DNA of 59,862 bases, the filler included, from Catajapyx aquilonaris (taxonomy: Eukaryota): assembly GCA_000934665.2 (NCBI GenBank). It is 2 parts of 2 records of this genome, joined end to end, with 100 filler letters (N's around TTAATTAATTAA, not from the genome) between each part and the next. Parts side by side here need not be neighbours in the genome. Positions count along the whole stretch, not along the records: positions 29,983 to 59,862 come from JYFJ02004728.1; 1 more part is not named here. The stretch is one strand, 5' to 3'. Below, piece after piece: positions 37,480 through 50,400 of the stretch (position 1 is its first letter; the number at the start of each line of letters is the position of its first letter). A program made the translations under genes and the position numbers. The notes under the pieces are model-generated. The model saw nothing but the letters and a program-made list of their open reading frames with translations. It was not told the origin of the DNA and ran no database searches.

Positions 37480-38326
37480 TTGTTATATAAGTTAATCTAC
37501 AGCTTACAGCGCACAAAAATGCGAAGGATATTAGCATTTTTGTTATTTCCTTGTTCTGAAGTTGAATCTTATGTGATGCCGGGACAAGGTGATTCCGTAA
37601 TACTGTAATTATGGCAGTCTAATTCCACTATGTAAGGTTAACATGCTTGTGAACTAAAAGCCAGAGTTTTGATGTCAGTGACCCAAAGCTATACTACACA
37701 TCATGCAAGGTTACTGTGGGGGAGAGAGGAAATAACTAAAGAAATGTTATATTCTCAGTGATTTTACTCATTGAGCCGGATTTTTCTGGATAGACATCCT
37801 GCGGGAAAAGTGTGAAAAAAGGGACACTATAATAGAAGACGACAGGGCAAGAAAAGTTTTTTTTACGCGGCATGCAGCATAAAAAAACAACTTTTCTTGC
37901 AGGTATCTTACAGCATAGCCTACACTCTCATTTTGCAAGCACTTGGCAGCAGCAGGAATGGAGGTTCGTGTGAATCAAAGCATAAAAAATGTATGGATTT
38001 GTACCTACACCATGTCTGATTAATCACTGATGGAAATTTTCTACAGCGGATACGCCATCACTGCCTGAATTATATAGTTAGTGAATGTCACGGAGCATGA
38101 TTAAAATATTTAAAAAGTCCAGTGTTTCCATTCTTTGCTATCTGAATTCCAGTGAACTTCACCCATGTAACAATTCCTTTTTATGGCAATAAAATAAGTA
38201 ACTATCTGTAAAAGCAAACTTTTCCAGAGTCCTTACAAATGTGTACAGCATGTAATACAGGAGTTCATAATGTCGACGGTTGAATGAAGCCGAGTAACCT
38301 TCTGTTCCTTGGAGTAACCTACAGCA

Positions 38327-38627
38327 TTTTGGTTGGTTGGTTGGTAGGAAGGGTTACCCAGCTTGTATGGCTCTGTCTGAGTCGAGCCTTGGCAGCCGGG
38401 GGTAGGAGAGGAAGGTGTGGGATTGCAAGGTAGGGGTGGGTGAGAAGGGTGGGGGAGAGGAGGGCTAGCCCCGGCTGTACTGCAATGCCGGGTCCAACCC
38501 AGGGACGGGGGTGGGATATTCTCCCAAGCACCCCTTCCGACCAAGAAATGCGAGTCAGGTCCGAGGACCACTCGAGGAAGAGAGTACCGTCGCTGGCGAA
38601 CCAGCCGGGACCTCATACAACCTCATT
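38327..38627 (-). mobile_element. Retroposed SINE-like element with an (ACCA)n tail
   Basis: 15-bp TSD GAGTAACCTACAGCA (38312-38326, 38628-38642), a GC-rich body and (TTGG)n at the left end. Confidence 0.8.
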
Positions 38628-39880
38628 GAGTAACCTACAGCAGTCCAGCTTGTATAAGATATACTCGTAATATTCCTCTACAAGTCTGCAGCGGTAGTAC
38701 TGTATATTATGCAAAGGTAGTTGTAATTATTTTCAGCAGGGTACTTCCCCAACCCGTGAGGTCAAGATATTCATTATCTGTGTGAGTTATGTGTAAAAAC
38801 TCGCAAAATAGGCTATACATTACACGCAATTAATAATTATTATGCTATGTGTGAGAAACTGTTGGAGTAACGTCTGCCTTTGTTGCGCAACTAGCGCAGC
38901 GTATACTGAATTTCACAATAAGATTACTCACTTCTGGTGCATTATGGGAAAAATAGAGTGTGTTATACAAGAGCGCAGTGTGGGCAGTAGGCCTATAAGT
39001 TATGTAGCGTACAGAACAAAATCTTTTGCTCTGCAATAGTATTATCTCCAATTTTTGTGCAAGATGTTTTGATACGTCATTTGTTACGCGCCAAAATCAA
39101 GAGTTCAATATTTATAATCTAAAAAGAAAAGTGTTAAAGTACATTAAATTTCTCCTTCTATCACAGCGCATATTATGAATGGTATTTGATGCATTTTATG
39201 TTTAATTTTAAGTCGTGTTTGGTGTATTGGAACTAACATTAATTTTTTATGTCTGAGAGTCATGTAACCCTTGGATTCATTCTCAGCCATGGCATTTAAA
39301 ATTGTTTTGAATTAAGTGCCGCCGTGGATATGAGTATTATTCAGTTATTGAGGCACGACACGCCGTTTTTGTTGGCCCAAACCAAATCAGAAATGTAGGG
39401 GGTGATATGTGTCGAGGCACCAACCATACAGAGGTTATTGACGGAGACACATTTGCCTTCCCCTGGACACACGCGACAACCCACATTGCAGCCAGTCGAA
39501 TAGCTCAAGGACAACTAGCAGTGGTTGCCTGTGGTGCAGGATATGAGTGTTATAATGGTTACTGTGCGTAAGGTGACTTTGAAATAATCGAAATGCACGA
39601 ATTAACGATTACATCTACGTCATTTGAATTTTATGCTCATTGTCTGGTTTTCCTATAAGCGTGAAAATATGTGATTGTTCTTTCACCTTTGCAGGCTAAT
39701 AACGAGAATCCTAGAAATTAACTTTTTCGCTTTGCAGGTCACGTCATCCACCATCACTTTCAAGTCACAAGTTTCTATGGTATGCGTCCGCCGAGGTCTC
39801 CGTTGAACCAAGAAGGAAGATGCACATTTTGGCTTGAATATTGAAAAATTCAAAATATTAAATAAAAACTATATAAATGG

Positions 39881-40267
39881 GGGGGGGGGGGGGGGGNAAG
39901 GGGGAGGCACGGTGGCCGAGATGGTAACGTCTCGGCTTGCTATGCGAAAGGTCCCGGGTTCAAATCCCCACCCGGGAACAAACCTTTCGCTTGCGTCAAT
40001 GGGTCGTGACCCGCGCCTAAGGAGGCGTCTTATTGGCAACCTGACCTCCTGGGGGACTGCACCTGGCCCACCGCTGGACAATGCACCTGCACATGTGTCC
40101 CCTCCCCAAATCCCCCTATACCCTTACCCAATTTTCTAGTATTCCTTGCACCGGTGATCGAAGAAAAATACAAGTTGAAAACTGTATGGTGGTCTGCCAC
40201 CCCCCTATAACGACCTAGTAGTTGTATCACGGAGTAAAAAAACAAAAACAAAAACAAAAAAAACAAA
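39881..40267 (+). mobile_element. tRNA-derived SINE (second family)
   Basis: A box TGGCCGAGATGG, B box GGTTCAAATCC, an A-rich (AAAAAC)n tail and a near-perfect TSD AAAACT(A/G)TATAAATGG (39865-39880, 40268-40283). Confidence 0.88.
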
Positions 40268-42770
40268 AAAACTGTATAAATGGCTCCATAATAACTGAAC
40301 TTTGAATTGGGAACAATGCAAAAGGTATATTTTATTGACTTACTAATTCTTTGCACCTTTGCTATTTTTTCATGCGGTATTACAGTCTGTTCCTGCGCAT
40401 TTTGTTAGTGGAGATTATGTCGAGTTCACGCTATACTGAAAATAACACAGTAAATGAGCAATTGCAAATCACGCTATGCTCCTACTGCACCTTGATACGC
40501 CAATGTATTGTGCAAGAAAGAAAATAATGTTTATGCTAGAGTAGACTTACCAATATTATTTCTTCCATTTTTCATCGAGTACATGAAGCAACTGATATTT
40601 TTTAGTATAGCGTAGGCCTACTGTACATGAGCCTGCATGCTGCTTAAACTGAACTTGGAAAGCTCCCAATCGAATATCGAATATCAAGAAAATAAAAGTA
40701 GTTACAATTATTGCGTAAAATATACAGTCGAATGAGTTTGCGCTCGATTAAAATAGGAGATAAGTTATACTGCATATCAGGTATACAGTACTGATCGAAT
40801 AAACTGACTTTTTTGGAACATTTTGTTCTATACCGTTTAGGATGGTATCATATTACTTCCGCCAAACCTTTCGGTCACGTCCACATGTCCAATGCACCTG
40901 AAGAAATTCTCATCCAAACGACAATTCGTTCACAAATTTCCGCTCAGAGGCAAACAAAAATGAAAGAAAAATAATGAAAAATCCAATTGCAGCACTCAAT
41001 GAGGAATTAGATGTCATTATTAATTGCCAGAAATAAACACAAAAATAATAGGAAGAAGTTTTGTTTGAACGATAAAAGGTGCATATGAGAATTGGGCCGA
41101 CAAAATAGATTTGAACGAAAATTAGAAGTAAGCCTACGGACGAAAATGGTTGGGCGAAGAATTATATGCAACCGATCAGACTGTCATATGATCGATGCAC
41201 TACGATCAATCTTGTGTCTGTTTAAAAAAAATTAAAGCGATGGGTCATTATTTTTTGCACACTGCTAAATAAAACCCTATGCCTCTCTTGGAAATATCAA
41301 GTCCCTTAAATATATTATACAAGTAGGCCTATATCGAGTGGATCGCTTTGGAGCAGAAGATATCCAAATATGCTGCCCTAGTTGTCATTGAATGCTCATA
41401 CGTATACTCATTCTCACACACATCACTTTTAAAGCCAAACACTAAGACATACGTATATGAGATGATACACAATTTGAAAATATCAGTATACTATTGTAAT
41501 ATAACATCAGTTAAAAATATTGTTCAATTTTGACACTTGAAATCCCCACACTTCCATAAAAATAATAATTTTGTTTCTACAGGCCACTTCCTCTAATTTT
41601 TAAATGAATTTTGAGAATTCAAGAAATGATTATTCCCTTTTTTTCCTTCCTTTATTTCACGCGACATTCAAATTGCTTTTATTGGAGCCACAACCTTTCC
41701 ATTAATCCTTTCACCTGTGGGAAAAATAGCCTGATTAATATATCTTTCTAATCAGAAAGTTGATTGTAGGAGTGTAGGATTAAACAAAGCGGGAGCTTCA
41801 ACAATCTACGGATATAGACCTGGTGGGTTACTAAGATTCCCATAATCCCGGGATGTCTTTCTGGTATGATTAGTAAACTATATAGATAATAAGGAGATAA
41901 TTATTCAACTTCCCTTGTTTCATAAAATAATACTGTACGTCTGTAGTCTGTTTTACCCGGAAGAAATTCTCTAAATGGATCATCAAGCCATTTCACTTTC
42001 ATAAAAGTTTGGGGCACATCCTACCAATTCTGTATAAAAATTATTACGTTCCGTGTCGGATACTCTTTGCAGAGTTGCCAGTGTTGCTTGCAAAAACAGC
42101 CTTAAATTAATGCACATTTACTCACCCAGAGAGAAATTTGTTGGTAACTTACGTGATCTGAAAAGAGTTCTCAACTACTGGTCTTGTTCAAAGCACTAAT
42201 GCATGTTTTTACACAGTCAGCCCTGTGCGATAGAATGAATCAAGAAATATCACCAAAAATCTTTAATAGTGAACAACCACATGAACATAATTATTATATC
42301 GTCAAGGGCCCAATTTTACAGCAGAAGCGACAGTAACAATCATGTGCGGTGTAATTATTGAAATGTGCTCATTTTTTCTTAAGTATACGTATAAAAGAAT
42401 TGATCTCTCTTTGTCTAGCATGAGGATATTGGTAGAATAAGACGCCTAATAATTTTCTGCGTCACCAAGCACCAACAGCTTTCATAGTAAGTAGTCTTAA
42501 CTATAAATACACTGTTTTTTTGTCAATACTGTGTTTATTCTGATGAACTATAACTTTAATATCATGCACCAGAATATGATTGTGTACTTGAATTATAATG
42601 ATTTTACAATACACTCTATATGGCATTGTTAACAAACCTCCTGTCCTCTTGCATCTTTAGTTCATAACGCAGTGCTCAAGACGAGAAGGAGTACCGCTAA
42701 GGAGAAAATGAAACGTGTTACACAGTGTGACTTGGAATATGCTCCCCAAAAAATTTCAATAGCATCAGGA

Positions 42771-45700
42771 TTAAAGAATAATTAATACCCCCAAGTAAAT
42801 GTATCTTACACTCACCCCGATCAGTATTCCGCAGCAAATAAAAAATGCAGCCTGTGTCATGAACATGATGAGTGGAGCAAACCATGAGAAGTCATACAAC
42901 GCTGAATTGTTGACAAGCATCCGTATGATCCGCAGTTTTTTCAGATGAAAAGGAGCATATTTGACAGAGAACACTTTTTCTCCTATTACTCCCATGTCTC
43001 TTCTGATGACACTTCGCAAGTGCGAGAAGGTTCGGAATGTGTTGTAGCCCCTGTAAGCTCCCATTCCACTCTCGCCTATGCCTCCAAATGGCATATCATC
43101 CACTAAAATGACAAATCATTAACATGTTGTATTGTACTGGTGCAAAATATGTATAATAGTCATCCTACAAACTTGATATCACCTCACCTGAAAATTGCAT
43201 CAGTGTGTCATTTATGCAGAGTTGCCCTGATGAGGTGTGGGTCCTAAAGGCTAAATGCAGCTCCTTATCCTCTGCGAATAAGTAGACAACCAGAGGCTTT
43301 GGTCGCTGCTGGATGAAGTGGATGGCATGGGCTGCGTCGCTGACCCTCACCACAGGAAGGATCGGAGCGAAGAGCTCCTCTTGCATCAAAGAGTCGGCAT
43401 CGTCGACGTCGAAGACCAATGTTGGTTCAACCCACCTTTCGGCCCCGTCCAATCCTCCCCCTATCAGCACTCGCCCTCGTGTTGCAGACAACAACCGCTG
43501 AATGCGCCTGATAACATGTAACAGCACATTTTAAAAAGTCAGTATGGACTAATATATAAACCAAAGAAAAGTTTGGGCCTAAGTCAGAGTAATATTTTTA
43601 ATGTGTCTTGCAAGTGACACTTACTCCCAGTGATGGTTGGTTGCAATTCGACCCAGGTGATGGGATGCTTTAGGCACAGCTCCGTAAAATTCGCGGAGAA
43701 TCCTGGGTGCTGTTTCTATGACCATCTTCTCCACATTGGCTGTGCACAAAAGATAATCCGGAGCAATGCACACTTGGCCCAGGTTCATGCACTTTGCCCA
43801 AAGAATCCTGCGCAGGGACACTTCCAAATTGGCACTCTCGTCTAAATACACGGGACTGGGAAAGAGTAAATCAAATGAATACATCAGTGGCGAATCCTGT
43901 GAACTCTTCTTTGCCTCTGAAGAAGAGGTATTATAATGGCAAGTCATATGGATGACCACCTTTTCCCTCCAAGTTCCAGAGTAATGGGAGTGAGATCTCT
44001 GCTGGCTGCCTTGTGAATAATCCTGCCTACAGTAGACGATCCTGTATAAAATATGTAATCGAATTTGTGTTGCAGAAGTTCTGTGGCACGAAGAGCATCT
44101 CCTTCCACCACATGGTAGCATTCCTACAATGAGACATTGTGAAGTCAAGTGTAACCCATTCTGGACCAAAAAATAGCTATAGATGCTTGTGATTAACATA
44201 ATACTAGTAGTGTGCCAGTGGAAACCACTTTTAGAGTACATGACCACCTTACGTTGTCCAAGTAGTCTGCCAGAAGCTGCGTGAGACATCTTGAGGCTGC
44301 AGGTGCACCCTCGGAAGGTTTTATTATGGCGCAATTTCCAGCCGCAATGGCTCCAATCAGGGGCACTAAAGTCAGGATGAAAGGAAAATTCCAAGCTCCT
44401 ATAATTAAAACAACACCCAGAGGCTGGTATTCCATCCATGCTGAATCCCATGGCATCAGAACTTTTCGGTGTCTCTGAAATTGTCAAGTACATTGAAATT
44501 AGACTTTTGCAATTGTCGAACATAAGTCTAGCTCGTACGGTAACTATCAAAGTTATTTTAAAACAACACTTTAATTTTTCGAAGCCTTGACTTGGAAATG
44601 TTCAAGGGAAGAAAATAAGCAGCATCATTAATGATACTTGAAGTCGCAAATAAAAGATTATACTATTGGGAAACAAGGACACAAAAAGTACATGCATGTA
44701 CTGTGCTATATACGTGGCATGTACAGTACAGCGCAGCCCGTGTTATCTCGAGGTAATACAAGGGAAACCAATTCTGAGCATGTGTGTGAGAAATAAGATA
44801 AGGCGGAGAGATGACTCTGATTTCACAGATTTTTGTTTTAGATTAAACTATAATGAATAGGCCTGCTTCTCAGGGATCCGGGACCTTACGTGCACTTGCT
44901 TAACATGCGCTAATCGTTAATCTTAGCAGTTAATTACGGTTCACATAAACGTTAAAATGTTGTCTGATCATGTGTGTTAAAACGAGAGCAGCCCACATAG
45001 GAGATAGTGAAATGCAGATTGTAATAGTGCTCCTATCTGATATGTTATTATAGCTTTAATACACTTTAATAGATTTTTTCATTTTATGCTATGATGTAAT
45101 GATTATGATAAAGATGATGATGATTTATGAAAATACATTTTAATAGGCAACAAGGGTCACTGAACACTAAACGATGATTTTCATATAAGTTAGTCTTTCT
45201 TTATATTAATTGGTGCTGATGGTCATAATTATAAGCTCAGTACTTTTCAGCAACATGGTATATTATCTTCATTGGCAATTTTTGCCTCAGGCTAGTATAA
45301 TAAATAATATGCTGCATAATTATTTATTTCCCTGTTGCTTAATTATACCAGAAGAACATCAGCAGGATTTCGACTCCCAGGGGAACGGAGTTAAAAAACA
45401 CTGGTTTTAAGGTAAATCTCCTGCATCTTGCTCGGGAGATAAGGCGGATGTATGTTCACAGATGGTTGAATAATTTAATATCGTTTAGGTCTACACACTA
45501 TAACATGACAAGCATCAAAATTTTATTGACAAGCTTTCGTTATCCACAGAAATCTTCATGCATGGGAAAATATCCTAAACATATGAATACACTATATGCT
45601 TACAAATCATCAGCCTAAAGATCTACTGCTAAATATAAATCGGTTTTTGTTAATTTATTATATAGTTGTTGTTCGCTTTACTTGTGACCATTTGCTCAAA

Positions 45701-46584
45701 TTCTGCACACTAAGGGCATGTACTGTACATTGCACTGCTATACCCTGTTATACCACAATCATGTTCTTTATGTATACCTGTGTGCACGCCTGTGTGGTAG
45801 GCCATCAAAAAGTAAAATTTATTACGTCTTACCTTTTTTGGTTGTACCCATTTGTCCAGTTTATGAAGTGCCTGCTTCAGTTCGCTTGCAACTATGTATA
45901 GCTCAAAGGCTTTCGCTTCAAAACTGGGCTGCAATATTTGGTAAATGACATAATTATTATTGAAATACACGTGCACTTGAAATAACAGAATATGCATTTA
46001 TTTCTTCAGCTTGGGGATTCCAATAAATTATTTTAAGATGCTGCAAACTTTTCGTCGCATTTTATGGTCTAGCTCCTGCACAATGAACAGCACAGTTCAA
46101 GAATCCGAAGGTAATGCATTAACTACAGCAATAATTATCAAATTAATTTTCATGCATTCAGCTTTAACGGTTTTACAATCATTCGAAAGTTTTTGCTAAA
46201 TGCTGATTCTTATATGTCTCAATTAATTAGACACCGTTCCAAAAATAACCTACTTAGCAGCATCGCCTTAATTTTTCTTCCCCTCTGTGTTGTTAAGATA
46301 TACATTAATGCAGTAAATACCCACCCTTCGTAAGTCGCTAAAAAGAGCGTCGACTAGCACGTCCTCCTTTTCTCGAAGCATATTCTTCAGACTCAAAAGT
46401 TGCCTCTTCCTAAAAGCAACATCGATTGTCTTTCTCGAAGCGAAGGAAGCCTTCGCCTTCTGATACACCTTTTTTTTTAGAAATGCAAATTAAATTAAAT
46501 GTTAGCAGAACAATCTTGTAGGTGTGCAGCTGTCATATGACTTCATACCTCACTTATATCCAACTGTGTGGTGACAAGTTGCAT
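42771..46584 (-). CDS. ALDH3: Class-3 / fatty aldehyde dehydrogenase (ALDH3A2-like), paralogue A, about 514 aa. Exons 46549-46584, 46325-46468, 45833-45928, 44253-44474, 43960-44123, 43625-43855, 43188-43507, 42771-43102
   Basis: All introns are GT-AG with consistent phases (1545 nt total). Motifs: [40 protein letters not shown] (catalytic Glu), [11 protein letters not shown] (catalytic Cys), EELFAP and [11 protein letters not shown], then a hydrophobic C-terminal anchor. The first short exon is less certain. AATAAA lies on the minus strand at 42534-42539. Confidence 0.95.
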
Positions 46585-47293
46585 TTTCGCCTTGGATTTC
46601 TCCCTGAAAAGACATACAGAAATCACATTTAATTGCTTATCAAAAACATGTTGTTTTATAATTTGTTATCGTCGTAAGTTACTTTACTACATCGGGAGTT
46701 TATTCCATATTTTTCCCACCTCCTTTATTCGTGCATATCGGAGGCAAGTCGCAATTGCGCAACATGCGTGATAACATTTTATTCGGGGTCACGTTAGCTC
46801 GGAACTATACGCACGCACAATGTAATGTGCAGTACATATTCCCCAGGCTATACGCACTGCATTTGTGCGATGAAAGTTACATAGTATTTCCAAAAGTTGG
46901 CTTCAGAAACTCTCATTACTTCACTAGAGTTAATAAGTGGAACAGCAGTGGCCGGTTACTTTGTGATCTGCTGGTTGTCGTAAAGACCCGAAAAACGCAA
47001 AAAAAAAGATAATTTGCATATTTTCCATCTAATATCTGGCTCGGAAAGAAATCGATTTTGTTCAGAAAATTAGTTACAATTTCATGTAAATCGGTCACAT
47101 TCATATCTGCATATTTCGAAAGAGTCATATTGTAATAAATGTAACCAATTTACCAAAATATTATTAACAACTTTCCATTACGTGTCCTTCAAATAATAAG
47201 ACACATTCGATTTAGGCCATTAGTACATGACTTTTTCTTAGAGCCAACTAAACCAGGACTCCATAACTTGCATATATTACAAGAAAGTCTTAC

Positions 47294-47400
47294 CTGAAGT
47301 TGACCGTCCACTCCCTTGCATTATGGTTCACAACCACTATGGTATTTGGAACTCGGGGTTTTCAGCATAACCTTTATGCGTTCACTATATTGAATATGCT
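47294..47400 (-). other. Probable 5' UTR exon of ALDH3 paralogue A
   Basis: Strong donor CAG|GTAAGA at 47294/47293 and a matching acceptor TTTTCAG at ~46604 upstream of the ATG exon. No in-frame ATG; the 5' boundary is unknown. Confidence 0.4.
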
Positions 47401-50400
47401 GGCAAAAAGACACTTCACACTGATAAAAAAAAGTAGTTGTTTTGTGAAAGGAAACCACTGATGTGCACTATCGCCATGAACCTAATTCAGCCCCAAATTG
47501 TTCGCTGCAATTTTTAAAGAAACGAGGTCAATCACTTACCCAATTAAGGTGACAAAGCAAGCGCGAAACGAGGCCGACTTTTCTATTTTTAAAGGTCTTT
47601 TTAGGATTAATCCTCTTATCCTAAATATTCTTCCCCATAACGCGATAGTGCACTTGAGCTGCTCTCGTTCACAGAATACCGCTCCTGAAGTAACTGCTGT
47701 CCGGTGATGGGAAAAAAAGTGGAATAACTTTCACTCATTTCGAGTTACGTCGGAGGGGTCATAACGTAAGTGTGGTCCGAATGGCGCGAGCCATTATTGT
47801 AAAGTAGACAAACTTGAACTGTTTCCGCGTGTGCCACATTTTGTTTCACGCGTTATAGGGAGGAATTCGTGAATCTAATAACCCTATTATGCAGCAGGGA
47901 ATGATGATGAAGAAATGATGAAAGAATAACAACATGAATACAGTGAATGTGAGAATTACGCAGCTGATTTCTTTGCCGAATATTTGAAGAGGTATACATA
48001 TAACTGATTAGTGCGAATATTTACCTAATCGTTGTTGGTGCAAAGATGAGACTGAACTGGTCCATCTATATATGTTTTGGGCACTGGCGTCCAATTAAGT
48101 TTTGTGTGTTCTTACAGTTTTAGAATAAAGGCACACATCCTTGGGTCATGAATTTGGCTTGTCCTACAATAGTACCCTATCTATGGCTGAAAGGTCACGG
48201 CTCAACTGACACGAAGTAATGAGCAAAGCTGCTTTTTCCCTTATATACTGTAATTCTATATTAGCATAGCGTGACTGATTTACTACTGCGTTTCCATCAT
48301 AATTTGAGTTTTAAAGATAAATCTCGGGTAGTTAATGTCTCCCTGCCGAATATGCAGGATGATGTAATGCGCATGATGTACAGTACTACAGAGTATTAAT
48401 AACCGATGGTTTGGCACCAGTCATTACCTATATACACAGTATAGCAGAGATGAACTAGTAGTCTATGTAAGACGCCTTGTATGGCCGGAATTGTCCAATG
48501 CAAAGAGGCAAGAAGACAACATGCAACTTAATTGCGTCTTCCTGCATGCAACGGAAACGCAAGAGAAGGATCTTGAGATAGCGCAAAAAAGGGGTTGGAA
48601 CTGTCAGGGTGTTCATTGTTCTGCTTCATCTTCATCAGGGTAGCATGCTGGGAAGGTCTTTTCTTCCGTTTTTCCTGAGAAATTCACTATGCGAGTATTT
48701 GTGAACTAGTTTAATGCTCAATGCGGTAAATCCCATTTATAATAATTAGAACATTACCGCTTCAGTTTTTAAGAAAATATCGAGGGTGCCCATCTGCTTT
48801 TTGGGTAATTCTTTGTCATAGACCTTGACCTTTATTGCCTTTATTGTTCGAAGTTAAGTTCCGATATATTTGTAACTGCACATGTTATTGCATTTTTCAA
48901 GATCTGTCAGACTTTTAAAGATCACATATGATTTTTAAAAAATATGTACGTAACATGCGGAAAGTGTCTAGTGAAAAAATTACTTGAAGGGGCGTGCCAT
49001 TACTCATGTCAGCTGTATACATCTTCTTAGTGGGATTATTAATAAGACTATGTATGTGGCAGAAAACGTAATGTCTAAAAATAAGTAAATGCAATACAGG
49101 TGTCCACAGAGATCTATGTCGCGGAGTATGTTTCGATAATGAGAATTTGCCAAGAAATTAATCGAGAGCAACATTGCATAAAAGTATGTCTTGTAAACCT
49201 GCCGGTAGTGCTTTTTTCCTTCGTTTGTGAGATGTGAAGATTGAGTACTTGTATCCATGAGTACTGTACACTGTAATATATTGTATGCAGTGTAGTATGG
49301 GGAAACGGATTAACGGAACAACACAACCATCCTCATTCAGGGCTCCGTAAAAGCGTACAATTCAAACTCTATTGTCGTTTTCTCTACCTTTCCAGTACCA
49401 GTACCGTATATTATTCAGCAAAAAAATGTAGGCTCAAACAATGGACAACCTACGACAATACTTCTCCGGTAATATATTTTCCCAAGACCTTTGAGTCATT
49501 TTTTTTGTTAAAAATACCGTGATTTTTCGTGTGGTTTATTTTTTCATGAAGGCATCAAACTCATCCGGCACGCATTTATAACGAGTAAGTGACAACCTTG
49601 GGCACTGCACGCGCCAGAATTCAGACAATAGTTTTTTATTCTTTCCGAAGTAAAAATCCAACAGCTTCCTAGCAATTTGCCATTCGTAGCAGCAGAGTAA
49701 ATAGCAGGATTTGAAAGAAAAATAATTTAGCACTGATGTAATATTCACAGGTGTGCATTTTCAATTATACAAGTTTTATGCATAAGTATTTCCAGTTTCA
49801 GTTGCAAGTCATGCCATGCGCCATAACAAATGTTAGGAGTAGCTAACAAATTAGCGAATATCCTTCAAGCTGCAAGATATACATAAACCTAATACACAAC
49901 AAAAAATATTTTAATCAAGGTAAGTAGTAGGATAGTAAATTCTTAATTATTCAACATAATTATCGTGTAATTTGTATTCACTTACTCTAATGCAAAGTAA
50001 CATGTCATGTGCTTCAGTTTTTGCTTAGTTCCGCAGGAATACACGCACCTGTGAACATCACACGAAACGTTCATCATTAACCTTGTCCTTCTTTTGTGCA
50101 AAGAATACCTTACTTCTAATATACTAAACGCGATATTTAAATGCGTGTAATTCGTCTTACGAGACTACAATGCCTTCTCATTCCCCGCACGAAAAATCAG
50201 TGTAATTATTTTCAGAAGAAAAAAGCTTCGCACACAAAATTTCGTGAACTGTATGATAAAAAATATTAGAAGAGAGTGTAATATAATGTTGATATCATGA
50301 GCAAATTACATAGTGACGATACATTAATGAAGCTTCTGTAAAATATAAAATGTAGGTAACTTGTATATGCTGAGCACATGTACTGTACAAGTAAATGTCG

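Noticed and set aside
43621..44550. 309-aa ORF in the track
   Set aside because: Chance read-through of introns and off-frame exons; only the last ~77 aa are the true ALDH frame.
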